Positions 17,273-25,545 of a DNA stretch of 64,000 bases are shown one piece after another. The notes under the pieces are model-generated. The model saw only the letters and a program-made list of their open reading frames with translations, searched no databases and was not told the origin of the DNA. Each line of letters begins with the position of its first letter. Position 1 is the first letter of the stretch. The stretch is taken from the NCBI GenBank assembly GCA_964345045.1, contig CAYFPM010000002.1, forward strand, positions 219,481 through 283,480, in the 5' to 3' direction. This DNA comes from an uncultured Gammaproteobacteria bacterium. Its GTDB lineage: Bacteria > Patescibacteriota > Patescibacteriia > Magasanikbacterales > UBA922. The position numbers were made by a program, and so were the translations under genes.

Positions 17273-20200
17273 GTGTTTCAAAAAAAATATTTAAAATTAC
17301 TTTCGTTAGTCAGCAGTTTTATATTTGATTTGAAGAAAATACTGCTAAAAGCTAACCCTTTAATGACAATTGTTTTATCATTGTCTATTTCTGTTTTGGA
17401 AATGATTTTAGGAGTTATTTCGCTTCCACATTATCTTTACAAAACTTACAAGGTTGACCCTGATATATTCAACCAAGACGGTTTTTCGTATACCTTGTAC
17501 AAATTTCGTCGTAGGATTGCCTTGTCTAGTGTTAGTGGAATTGTTTTTCTAATAGCATTTGTACTTTTTTCTAGTCTTTTTGTTTCTACTGATCCTACTT
17601 TTGCTGGAGCCAATACCACTATCCAATTTAGTAACGCCAGCGCTAGTGGGGGAGAAGGCACCACCTCTGTAAATATTCAAGTAGAATTAAATGCCAGCAG
17701 CGGGCAAGACCAGTCGGCTGATTATGCTGTGGTAGGTGGTACTGCTGATCCTGCAGATTATACTCTCGACGATGGGACAGTCACCGTTACTTCCGGAGGA
17801 ACTACTGCCAATATTGGACTTACTATTACCGATGATTCTGTTTATGAGCAGCCAGAGACCATTATTATAGAATTAACCAACCCGACAGATGGTTCTATAG
17901 GAGCCAATTCATTTTTTACTTTTACCATTACCGACGACGATTTTCCAACTGTTAATTTTGCTACTTCATCCAAAGCCAACTTGCAAACAGATTGGTCTGG
18001 TGGACTTGGTGCTAGCACCAGTACGCAGTACAATGCCCAATCAAATATTGCAGTTACAACTACCGGGCAATTGAGTTTGGAAACTAGTTCTAGTAGTTGG
18101 TACAACAGTGCTTGGCCATATAGAAAAAAAATAACCATAGACCAGAATCAAGTATCGTCTACCCAAAGTAACTTTCCAGTTTTGGTTACTGGAGCTAATT
18201 TTGACTCTCACTTTTTTTCAAATATAAAAAGCGATGGTACGGATTTGGTATTTACCGCAGCCAATGGGACTACACTTTTGAATAGAGAAGTTGTAGCTGT
18301 TTCTTCTACAGTTAGCACTATGGAAGTTTGGGTAAATGTGACAAGTATTAGTGACGCAGCTGACACAGATATTTATGTTTATTATGGCAATCCAGCTGCC
18401 GCTGTTACCAATGACACCGGAACTTGGAATTCTAATTTCGAAGCGGTCTACCACTTCGAAGAAGACCCTAGCATCACTACCGATGGTTCTTGTGGAGGTA
18501 GTATTTATTCGGTTTGTGATTCTACTGCCAATGGAAATCATGGTACTTCTACCAGTTTTGCTACTGAATCGGCTACTACTACTCATCTTGGTACAGGGTA
18601 TACTTTCGATGGTAGTAGTCAGTATATCAATGTTGGTCAAGATAGTAGCATAAGTACTCTTTCTCCAAAATCTGTTACCTTTTGGCTTAATCCAGATTCG
18701 GCTGCCGGCAATGGACGAAAGGCTGTTATTGCAAAAAGAGGGGGCAATTGTGCTGCCGGAGGAGATTGGTTTTTGGAATATGATGATTCCAATAATGTTT
18801 GGTTTAACGGCCAGTTTAATGCAGTAAACCAGGTGCTTAATATGGAAACAGATGGGCCTACTGATATTGAATCTGTTTCTGCCGATGCCAGTCTAACAGA
18901 GGATGTTTGGACTTATGCAGCTTCTGTTGTGGATTCATCTTATGTTCCATATTTTTATGCCAATGCCGTAGAGCTTGGTTATGCTCACAGACAAACAGGA
19001 ACCGCTCCAAGTAGTGATCTTGATTGTGATTTGCAAATCGGGGTTGAGAGTGATGATTTGTATTTTTATGCTGGTGCCTTGGACGAAGTTAGGGTGTTGT
19101 CTACCAACCTAAGTAATCAATGGATAGAAACAGAATACAACAACCAATCTTCTCCAGGAACTTTTTATTCTGTGGCTAGTGTAGAAAATTATTATGTGGC
19201 TAGCGGTACTTTGACTTCAAATATTTTTAATATCGCTACAAGTACTCATGAATGGGGAGTGGTAAGGTATGTAGCCGATGGAGCTGTTAGCACTACTGTA
19301 AAGATTAGAACAGATAGTAATAGTGACATGAGTGGGGCCACTGCTTTTTCCAGCTGCAGCGTTATTACCAATGGAGATGATATTACTGGCAACAGTTGTG
19401 TTACCGATGGTCACCAATATGTGCAGTATCAAATTGGTTTGACCAGAGTTGCTACCACCACTCCAATTTTCAAAGAAATAGAAATAGAATATCTAGAAGA
19501 AAATAGTTTTTCTTATTTGGAAGATGCCGGAAGTTTTGTAATTACGGCCGCGATGTCTTCTAGTACTACCTCTACTGTGTCTGTGCCATATACTGTTGGG
19601 GGTACTGCTACGGCTGGTTCAGATCACTCACTTACCGATGGAACTATTAGTATTTCGGCTGGTTCACTTTCTGGTAGTGTGACAGTTTCTATTACCGATG
19701 AATCTACTTTTGAATCAGACGAAACTATCGTGGTGACTATGGGCACTCCAACCAATGCTGTGGCTGGATCAATTACTGTTGTAACTAGCACGATTGTAAA
19801 CGATGATGCCGAAGGTAGCCAAAGTACTTTGGTTACCCCAAGCACCCCTACAGTCGGGACACCCACTCAAACCAGTTTGGATGTTACTATAAATGAATCT
19901 GGCAATGTAGCCACTACAGAGTTTGCTATTTACAATGTAACCGATAGCAATTATATAGATGCTAGTGGTGCTTCTAGTGCTACAGCTGTACACCAAACTA
20001 CTTCTTCTTGGGGTGGAGCAGTTACTGTAACCGGTTTATCGGTTAATACCTCTTATCAATTTTTGGTACAAGGGCTGGATACCTCTGGAACTTCAGCCTC
20101 TTCTACTACCAGTACAGCTTCTTATACTTCTGTAGCTTCGGACAGACAATTGGCTACAGAGGATACTGCTACTGTAACTAGTGATCAAACTACAGTTACC

Positions 20201-21877
20201 ATAGATGGAACTCCTGGTGGTAATACCGGTACTTTCACTTCACTTACAACCCCAGAAGGTATAGCTGAAACTCGTTCGGTTAGCCTGGATCTTGGTAGAC
20301 TGTTGCAAACTAGACAAGTAAATATTTCGGAACAAATTTCTGCCACCAGACCATCGAACGATAGGGGAAGTGATTTTGGAATGACAATCCCGGCTTCTAG
20401 TGTGATAACAGCCGACTCCGATGATTGGGATGGACAAATCAAAATCCCTACAGTGATTGATGGTAATAGTTTGGTAACTCCACCTAGAGTGGGAACTATT
20501 AAATTAGCTATAAAGGTTGGTTCAGAATTAGCCCAACTCAATTTTGATAATGCTGTAAAACTGGTTTTCCCTGGCGAAGCCGGCGAAAGAGCCGCCTACC
20601 AAAGAGAAGGGGAAAATTCTTCTACCGAAATAACAACTATTTGTAACAGTCCTAGTGATTCAAACAATATCGTTGGTTCTGGTGAGTGTAAGGTAGACAG
20701 TGGTTTGGATCTTATAATTTGGACCAAACATTTAACAGATTATTTTACATTTAATCTGGGGGAAGGTGGTGGCTCTGCGGCTCCAGTAGCTAGAGTTAGC
20801 CCATCTAGCCCACAAGTAGATTTTGTACAAATAAATTATGGTGCCAAAGAAACAGATACTAGAGATGTAATAGTTAATTTAAATATTGTTGGGGCCATTG
20901 AAGTAGCTTTTTCAGAAAATAGTAATTTTAAAGAAGCTTCTTTTGTCCCGTTTGCTAGAGTGATGAAATGGCGTTTGCCTCCGGGAGATGGCCTCAAAAC
21001 AATTTATGTTAGATTTAGAACTGCCAATGGAGCTACTGTAGACGATTTGGCTTATATTAAATTAAAAGAAGTAAAAATAGAAACACCCGTTGAGGATATT
21101 AATGTAGAAAAGCAAGAAGAAATTTTGGACGAAGAAGAAATAGAATGTTCTCTTGAGACAAAAAAACCATACAAGATTAAAGATGAACCAGCTGTATATT
21201 ACATTACAGAAAGGTGTACTGGACAAGCTTTTAAAACTCCATTTGTTTACTTTGAATATTTTTCTTCTTGGTCAGAGGTAAATATTGTTTCTAGCGAAGA
21301 TTTGGAAAAAATAAATAGAGATGAGGTTAAGTTTGTGCCAAACAAGTTGACTGTAAATGGAGCTTCTCTTATAAAAGTTTATGATTTGCCAAAAACTTAT
21401 TTGGCACTTGAGAATATTTTGCATTGGATAAGAACAGAAAAAGTTTTTAATGCTTTGAATTTTACTTGGGATAAAGTAAGAGAAGTTACCGAAAATAGGA
21501 TAGAAACTTTTGAAGTAGGTGAAAATATTACTACTACAAACACTGAAAAATATGCAGAATTAGAAGCCGTTAAAAAATTAATAGATAGTGGGGAGATTAG
21601 AGAAATTGTTATTGGAGAAAAAATAGAAGAGGAGACAAAAGTAGATATTGGTATAGAAGAAAAATTTAAGCGTACTATGAAAGTAGGTGATAGATCAGAA
21701 GAAGTAAAACTTTTGCAAGATTTTCTAAAAGAACTTGGATTCTTCACTTTCCCTCGTAGTACAGGTTATTATGGCAGCCTCACAGAGTCAGCCGTAAGAG
21801 CCTTTCAAGTTGATAACAACTTACCAACTACGGGGTTAGTTGATGATAATACTTTGGATAAGTTAAATAGTTTGTAG
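17273..21877 (+). CDS. giant cell-surface protein with Calx-beta, LamG-like, FN3 and a C-terminal peptidoglycan-binding domain
   Basis: 1534 aa. N-terminal TM anchor. Two Calx-beta units (DYAVVGGTADPADYTLDDGTVTVTSGG...ITDDSVYEQPETIIIEL; VPYTVGGTATAGSDHSLTDG...ITDESTFESDETIVV). A LamG/ConA-like lectin domain (LGTGYTFDGSSQYINVG...FYAGALDEVRV). An FN3 domain. C-terminal PG_binding_1 (EEVKLLQDFLKELGFF...YYGSLTESAVRAFQVDNNLPTTGLVDDNTLDKL). GTG start at 17273 with a tight RBS; the true start may lie slightly downstream. Confidence 0.85.
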   Translation: MFQKKYLKLLSLVSSFIFDLKKILLKANPLMTIVLSLSISVLEMILGVISLPHYLYKTYKVDPDIFNQDGFSYTLYKFRRRIALSSVSGIVFLIAFVLFSSLFVSTDPTFAGANTTIQFSNASASGGEGTTSVNIQVELNASSGQDQSADYAVVGGTADPADYTLDDGTVTVTSGGTTANIGLTITDDSVYEQPETIIIELTNPTDGSIGANSFFTFTITDDDFPTVNFATSSKANLQTDWSGGLGASTSTQYNAQSNIAVTTTGQLSLETSSSSWYNSAWPYRKKITIDQNQVSSTQSNFPVLVTGANFDSHFFSNIKSDGTDLVFTAANGTTLLNREVVAVSSTVSTMEVWVNVTSISDAADTDIYVYYGNPAAAVTNDTGTWNSNFEAVYHFEEDPSITTDGSCGGSIYSVCDSTANGNHGTSTSFATESATTTHLGTGYTFDGSSQYINVGQDSSISTLSPKSVTFWLNPDSAAGNGRKAVIAKRGGNCAAGGDWFLEYDDSNNVWFNGQFNAVNQVLNMETDGPTDIESVSADASLTEDVWTYAASVVDSSYVPYFYANAVELGYAHRQTGTAPSSDLDCDLQIGVESDDLYFYAGALDEVRVLSTNLSNQWIETEYNNQSSPGTFYSVASVENYYVASGTLTSNIFNIATSTHEWGVVRYVADGAVSTTVKIRTDSNSDMSGATAFSSCSVITNGDDITGNSCVTDGHQYVQYQIGLTRVATTTPIFKEIEIEYLEENSFSYLEDAGSFVITAAMSSSTTSTVSVPYTVGGTATAGSDHSLTDGTISISAGSLSGSVTVSITDESTFESDETIVVTMGTPTNAVAGSITVVTSTIVNDDAEGSQSTLVTPSTPTVGTPTQTSLDVTINESGNVATTEFAIYNVTDSNYIDASGASSATAVHQTTSSWGGAVTVTGLSVNTSYQFLVQGLDTSGTSASSTTSTASYTSVASDRQLATEDTATVTSDQTTVTIDGTPGGNTGTFTSLTTPEGIAETRSVSLDLGRLLQTRQVNISEQISATRPSNDRGSDFGMTIPASSVITADSDDWDGQIKIPTVIDGNSLVTPPRVGTIKLAIKVGSELAQLNFDNAVKLVFPGEAGERAAYQREGENSSTEITTICNSPSDSNNIVGSGECKVDSGLDLIIWTKHLTDYFTFNLGEGGGSAAPVARVSPSSPQVDFVQINYGAKETDTRDVIVNLNIVGAIEVAFSENSNFKEASFVPFARVMKWRLPPGDGLKTIYVRFRTANGATVDDLAYIKLKEVKIETPVEDINVEKQEEILDEEEIECSLETKKPYKIKDEPAVYYITERCTGQAFKTPFVYFEYFSSWSEVNIVSSEDLEKINRDEVKFVPNKLTVNGASLIKVYDLPKTYLALENILHWIRTEKVFNALNFTWDKVREVTENRIETFEVGENITTTNTEKYAELEAVKKLIDSGEIREIVIGEKIEEETKVDIGIEEKFKRTMKVGDRSEEVKLLQDFLKELGFFTFPRSTGYYGSLTESAVRAFQVDNNLPTTGLVDDNTLDKLNSL

Positions 21878-21902
21878 AACAACATTCATCAAAATTAAAA
21901 AA

Positions 21903-21927
21903 CTCGCTAATTAAAGCGAGTTTTTTT
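21903..21927 (+). terminator. rho-independent terminator
   Basis: ctcgct-aattaa-agcgag followed by TTTTTTT. Confidence 0.7.
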
Positions 21928-21929
21928 AG

Positions 21930-22001
21930 AGCGAGCGACCGGAATCGAACCGGCATCATCGGCTTGGAAGGCCGAGGTAATAGCCATTATACAACGCTCG
22001 C
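21930..22001 (-). tRNA. tRNA-Gly (anticodon UCC)
   Basis: GCGAGCG acceptor; anticodon stem-loop TCGGC-CTTCCAA-GCCGA; T-arm GGTTCGATTCC; discriminator U. Confidence 0.8.
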
Positions 22002-22010
22002 GTGCTTGAA

Positions 22011-22040
22011 TTGTTTCAAAATCCCGACCGTAGTCGGGAT
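22011..22040 (-). terminator. rho-independent terminator for the small membrane protein gene
   Basis: Hairpin atcccgac-cgta-gtcgggat followed on the minus strand by TTTGAAAC. Confidence 0.5.
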
Positions 22041-22082
22041 TGGAATGAATATATACTAATTGTTTTTTGTAAAAATGTCAAT

Positions 22083-22331
22083 CTAGGCAAATCTATTGTA
22101 GATCCAAGCTAGTACCACACCACCAATAAAACCATCTATAAAACCCCAAATCGCCCCAATAATGGCTCCTAGAAAAGTAGCTTGGTAGCCTAGGTAAAGA
22201 CTGGAACAAAGCTCTACTATAGCCCCACCCCATCCGGCCATAGCAGCCAAAGCTAGCAAAAACATTGCTCCGGCAGTGGTGAGACCTACGGCCAAACCAG
22301 CGGCTACGATGTTAATTTTGTGTAAACTCAT
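22083..22331 (-). CDS. small integral membrane protein (possibly GlsB/YeaQ/YmgE-like)
   Basis: 82 aa, Gly/Ala-rich TM helices; the C-terminal GFIGGVVLAWIYNRF resembles the YeaQ/YmgE family. Tentative. Confidence 0.45.
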   Translation of the reverse strand: MSLHKINIVAAGLAVGLTTAGAMFLLALAAMAGWGGAIVELCSSLYLGYQATFLGAIIGAIWGFIDGFIGGVVLAWIYNRFA

Positions 22332-22395
22332 ATTTTCACCTCCTTTCTTTATTTTTGTAATTATACCCCAAAGTTATCAACTTTTAAAATTATAA

Positions 22396-23172
22396 TTGGT
22401 CTGCTACAATGAAATGGCTATGAGGGGAATAAATACAACACAGCCAAGATATAAATTGCAAGAAACAGATCTAATTCATGGAGAGGACAAGCAATATGTA
22501 CTAAGATTGCGTGACCTAGCCGAAGATGACAAACCAAGAGAACGTTTAATTGCAGGAGGGCCAGAGACATTATCGTCTGCTGAGCTTTTGGCTATTGTAT
22601 TAAATACCGGTACTAGAAAAGAAGACGTCTTGGAAATGACCAAACGAGTAATGCAAGAATATGGTACTACTAGTATTGTTACCCAAAAGAACCCTCAAAA
22701 ACTTCACGAAGAATTAGATATTCCAATTGTAAAGTCATGTCAGATCGTCGCCTGCTTCGAGCTAGGGCGGCGTTTTTTTGATAAAAAATCTGGTCGCAAG
22801 ATGACTATTAGAAATGCCAGGCAAGTCAAAAATTATCTAAAAGATATGGCTTTTTTGAAAAAAGAACAATTGCGAGGTATCTATTTAAATAGTCGTTACC
22901 AAATTGTCCACGATGAAGTGATTTCAATTGGTTCACTTACGGCCAACATTGTTCACCCTAGAGAAGTTTTTCGGCCGGCTTTGGAAAATTCGGCTGCAGC
23001 TGTAATTATCGCTCACAACCATCCTTCTGGCAGTAGCAAACCGAGTGATGCGGATATTGTTATTACCAAACAAATTGTAGAAGCCGGAGAAATTTTGGGC
23101 ATAGATGTACTAGATCATATTATTATCACCAAACATGGTTTTAGTAGTATTCCAACCAATATTAATTTTTAA
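22396..23172 (+). CDS. radC: RadC-family JAB/MPN domain protein
   Basis: HhH-like N-terminus (LSSAELLAIVLNTGTRKEDVLEM) and a C-terminal JAMM motif HNHPSGSSKPSDAD. The start may be the downstream ATG (MAMRG). Confidence 0.8.
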   Translation: MVCYNEMAMRGINTTQPRYKLQETDLIHGEDKQYVLRLRDLAEDDKPRERLIAGGPETLSSAELLAIVLNTGTRKEDVLEMTKRVMQEYGTTSIVTQKNPQKLHEELDIPIVKSCQIVACFELGRRFFDKKSGRKMTIRNARQVKNYLKDMAFLKKEQLRGIYLNSRYQIVHDEVISIGSLTANIVHPREVFRPALENSAAAVIIAHNHPSGSSKPSDADIVITKQIVEAGEILGIDVLDHIIITKHGFSSIPTNINF

Positions 23173-23184
23173 ACAAGAAAAAGT

Positions 23185-23478
23185 ATGTATACAACCGCAA
23201 ACAAAGTGAAAGCCGAAATTTCTACCCAAGATTTTGTGTTAGAACATAGTCAATTATTTGCTACAGAACTTTTTTATGACAAAGAATCCAAGGCTATTCG
23301 CAAGAGTACCCTAAAGCATATAAAAAACAATGATTACTTTGCTATTTTGGCTATGCTTATGGAACTTATTTCTGAAAAGGAAAAAATGTCAGGAAATGAT
23401 CACAAAATTTTTGATAGTATCAAAAAGGAATTAATGTATTTGCATAATAATTATAAGATAATTAAAAAGAGTAAATAA
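23185..23478 (+). CDS. hypothetical protein
   Basis: 97-aa AT-rich ORF following radC; no motifs recognised. Confidence 0.4.
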   Translation: MYTTANKVKAEISTQDFVLEHSQLFATELFYDKESKAIRKSTLKHIKNNDYFAILAMLMELISEKEKMSGNDHKIFDSIKKELMYLHNNYKIIKKSK

Positions 23479-23560
23479 CTAAAATCTTAGTATTATTTTA
23501 GATTTTAGTTATTTTTAAAAATCTCACTTATACCGTGATAAATTCTTCTAAGTGTTACTT

Positions 23561-23690
23561 TTTGGCAGCAAAAAGTAACCAACCTGCCTGCCGGTAGGCA
23601 GGAAACTGCTGGGGTGCAAAACCGCTCACATTGCATAGGTAAAGTTTGTCTTTTCTAGTCGGGCGCTATAGTTGCCACCCCAGACCCCTT
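23561..23690 (+). ncRNA. candidate structured leader RNA upstream of the epmA-like gene (class unknown)
   Basis: Consecutive perfect hairpins gttacttttt/aaaaagtaac (10 bp) and cctgcc-ggta-ggcagg, plus a long-range pairing ctggggtg...caccccag enclosing further stems. About 130 nt with no ORF. Confidence 0.2.
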
Positions 23691-23781
23691 TATTTCATTT
23701 TTAGATATTGCGAAAATTAAATAATATTTACAAATAAAATAAATATAGTTTTAACTGTATTATTTTTTATTTAGCTACGTA

Positions 23782-24867
23782 TTGACCAAAAAGTATTTTT
23801 ATGCCAAAATTGGTTTTTGTATGAAGCATGTTTTACATATCCAAAAAAATAAAGATATCTTAGAAGCGCGTTTTGAAATAATTAGATTAATTCGTGAATT
23901 TTTTTGGTCGGAAAATTTTTTGGAAGTAGAGACTCCTAATATTGTAAATGTGCCAGGGCAGGAACCTTATCTAGATCCGATGAAAGTAGAGATTGAAAAT
24001 GAGATAGGGGACAAACACATAGGATACCTGCACACGTCTCCAGAATATACTCTAAAAAAAATGCTGGCAGCTGGATTTGAAAATGTTTTTTCGATTAGTA
24101 AATGTTATAGAAACAAAGAAAGTTTTGGAGGATTGCATAATCCAGAGTTTACAATGTTGGAATTTTATCGAATGAACGTTGATTTTTATAAAATCATGGA
24201 AGATATTGAGAATTTATTATATTCTTTGAAAGAAAAAATTTCAGCAAATCATAAATCTAAAACCCGCCTGCCAAAGACTGGCACTGTCGGGCAGGTCATA
24301 AATCTAAAATCTTTCCACAAAATCCACATGCGAGATTTGTGGCAAAAATATGTGGGTGTCAATCTAGATGATTATTTAGATAAAGAAAGTTTACTTAATC
24401 TAGTCAACACAACTTACAATTTACAACTTGCTCCGGAAAGTTATAGTTACGAAGATTTGTTTTACAAAATTTTCCTTAATAAAATTGAACCAAATTTAAT
24501 AGAGCCAACCATTGTGCATCATTATCCCGCTCAAATGTCTGCACTTTCAAAAATTTCTCAAGTTGATCCTAGATATGCCGAAAGGTTTGAGGTTTATATA
24601 AATGGGATAGAGATTGCCAATGCTTTTTCCGAATTAACTGATCAAAAAGAACAAGAGAATAGATTGGAAGAAGAAAAAAATTTAAGAAAAAATTTGGGCA
24701 AAGATTTGTACGAAATTGACAAAGAATTTTTGGAAGCAGTCAAAAATTTATCAAATTGCGCTGGTATTGCTCTTGGCGTAGACAGGCTAATTATGGTTTT
24801 GTTGGGTATTAATAATATAGATGATATTTTGGCATTGCCTATGTCAAAATTATTTACTATTGATTAG
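23782..24867 (+). CDS. epmA: EpmA/PoxA(GenX)-type lysyl-tRNA-synthetase-like protein (probable EF-P beta-lysine ligase)
   Basis: Class II aaRS catalytic core (FLEVETP, ..YRNKESFGGLHNPEFTMLEFY, RFEVYINGIEIANAF, GIALGVDRLIMVL) without an anticodon-binding domain. Immediately upstream of efp. The probable true start is the ATG at 23821 (MKHVLHIQ). Confidence 0.75.
   Translation: MTKKYFYAKIGFCMKHVLHIQKNKDILEARFEIIRLIREFFWSENFLEVETPNIVNVPGQEPYLDPMKVEIENEIGDKHIGYLHTSPEYTLKKMLAAGFENVFSISKCYRNKESFGGLHNPEFTMLEFYRMNVDFYKIMEDIENLLYSLKEKISANHKSKTRLPKTGTVGQVINLKSFHKIHMRDLWQKYVGVNLDDYLDKESLLNLVNTTYNLQLAPESYSYEDLFYKIFLNKIEPNLIEPTIVHHYPAQMSALSKISQVDPRYAERFEVYINGIEIANAFSELTDQKEQENRLEEEKNLRKNLGKDLYEIDKEFLEAVKNLSNCAGIALGVDRLIMVLLGINNIDDILALPMSKLFTID
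24249..24309. repeat. 33-bp GC-rich hairpin element (cccgcctgcc...gggcagg) flanked by 14-bp direct repeats tcataaatctaaaa, lying in-frame inside epmA
   Basis: Direct repeats at 24249-24262 and 24296-24309. The internal 12-mer acccgcctgcca recurs exactly at 37463-37474. Confidence 0.5.
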
Positions 24868-24900
24868 TCTCAATTTGTATGCTAATGTTTTTATGATTTA

Positions 24901-25488
24901 ATGATTAAATATTTTAATGTTATGGGCGACACAACCAATATCAAAAAAGGTGCAGTTATCAAACATCAAAATGATTTGTATGTGGTAACCACCTTTCAAT
25001 TTGTAAATCCAGGCAAAGGTTCTGCATTTACCAAAACAAAAATGAAAAGTATCTCCACTGGCAGAACCATAGAGATAACTTACAAAAGTGGGGAGTCTGT
25101 AGACACTGTGCAAGTACAAAGACAAAATATGCAATACTTGTACAAAACAGGCGATAAATATTCTTTTATGAACCAAGATACTTATGAGACTGTAGAAGTT
25201 GGAGAAGATATCTTGGGAGATGATGGCAAATTTTTGAAAGAAGGTTTGGATGTAATCGCTATCATGCACGAAGAAAATGTTGTGGCGATTGATTTGCCAA
25301 AGAAAATTACTTACAAAGTTATTACCGCCCCTCCGGCTGTAAAAGGGGACACTGCCAGTGGTAATGTAACCAAAGAGATAGAATTGGAAAATGGATTAAA
25401 AATTCAAGCTCCTATCTTTATAAAAGAAGATGAAGAAATTGTGGTAAATAGTGAGACCGGTGATTACGATGGTAGAAAGACAGATTAG
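24901..25488 (+). CDS. efp: elongation factor P
   Basis: 195 aa. The conserved modification loop VNPGKGSAF carries a Lys that is the expected target of EpmA-type beta-lysylation. Three OB-like domains. Confidence 0.9.
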   Translation: MIKYFNVMGDTTNIKKGAVIKHQNDLYVVTTFQFVNPGKGSAFTKTKMKSISTGRTIEITYKSGESVDTVQVQRQNMQYLYKTGDKYSFMNQDTYETVEVGEDILGDDGKFLKEGLDVIAIMHEENVVAIDLPKKITYKVITAPPAVKGDTASGNVTKEIELENGLKIQAPIFIKEDEEIVVNSETGDYDGRKTD

Positions 25489-25520
25489 ATAAATAGAAAT
25501 AAGTTCTAAGAAATAAGAAG

Positions 25521-25545
25521 CCCCCGATTTTGTCGGGGGTTTTTT
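25521..25545 (+). terminator. rho-independent terminator
   Basis: cccccga-ttttg-tcggggg followed by TTTTTT. Confidence 0.7.

Noticed and set aside
18218-20541. Several antisense ORFs inside the 1534-aa surface-protein gene
   Set aside because: The sense strand encodes recognisable Calx-beta, LamG, FN3 and PG-binding domains. The antisense frames show no signal.
23560-23781. T-box leader for the LysRS-like gene
   Set aside because: The only GGGUGG-containing segment resembling a T-box core is on the opposite strand, and the specifier/antiterminator arrangement is not evident.
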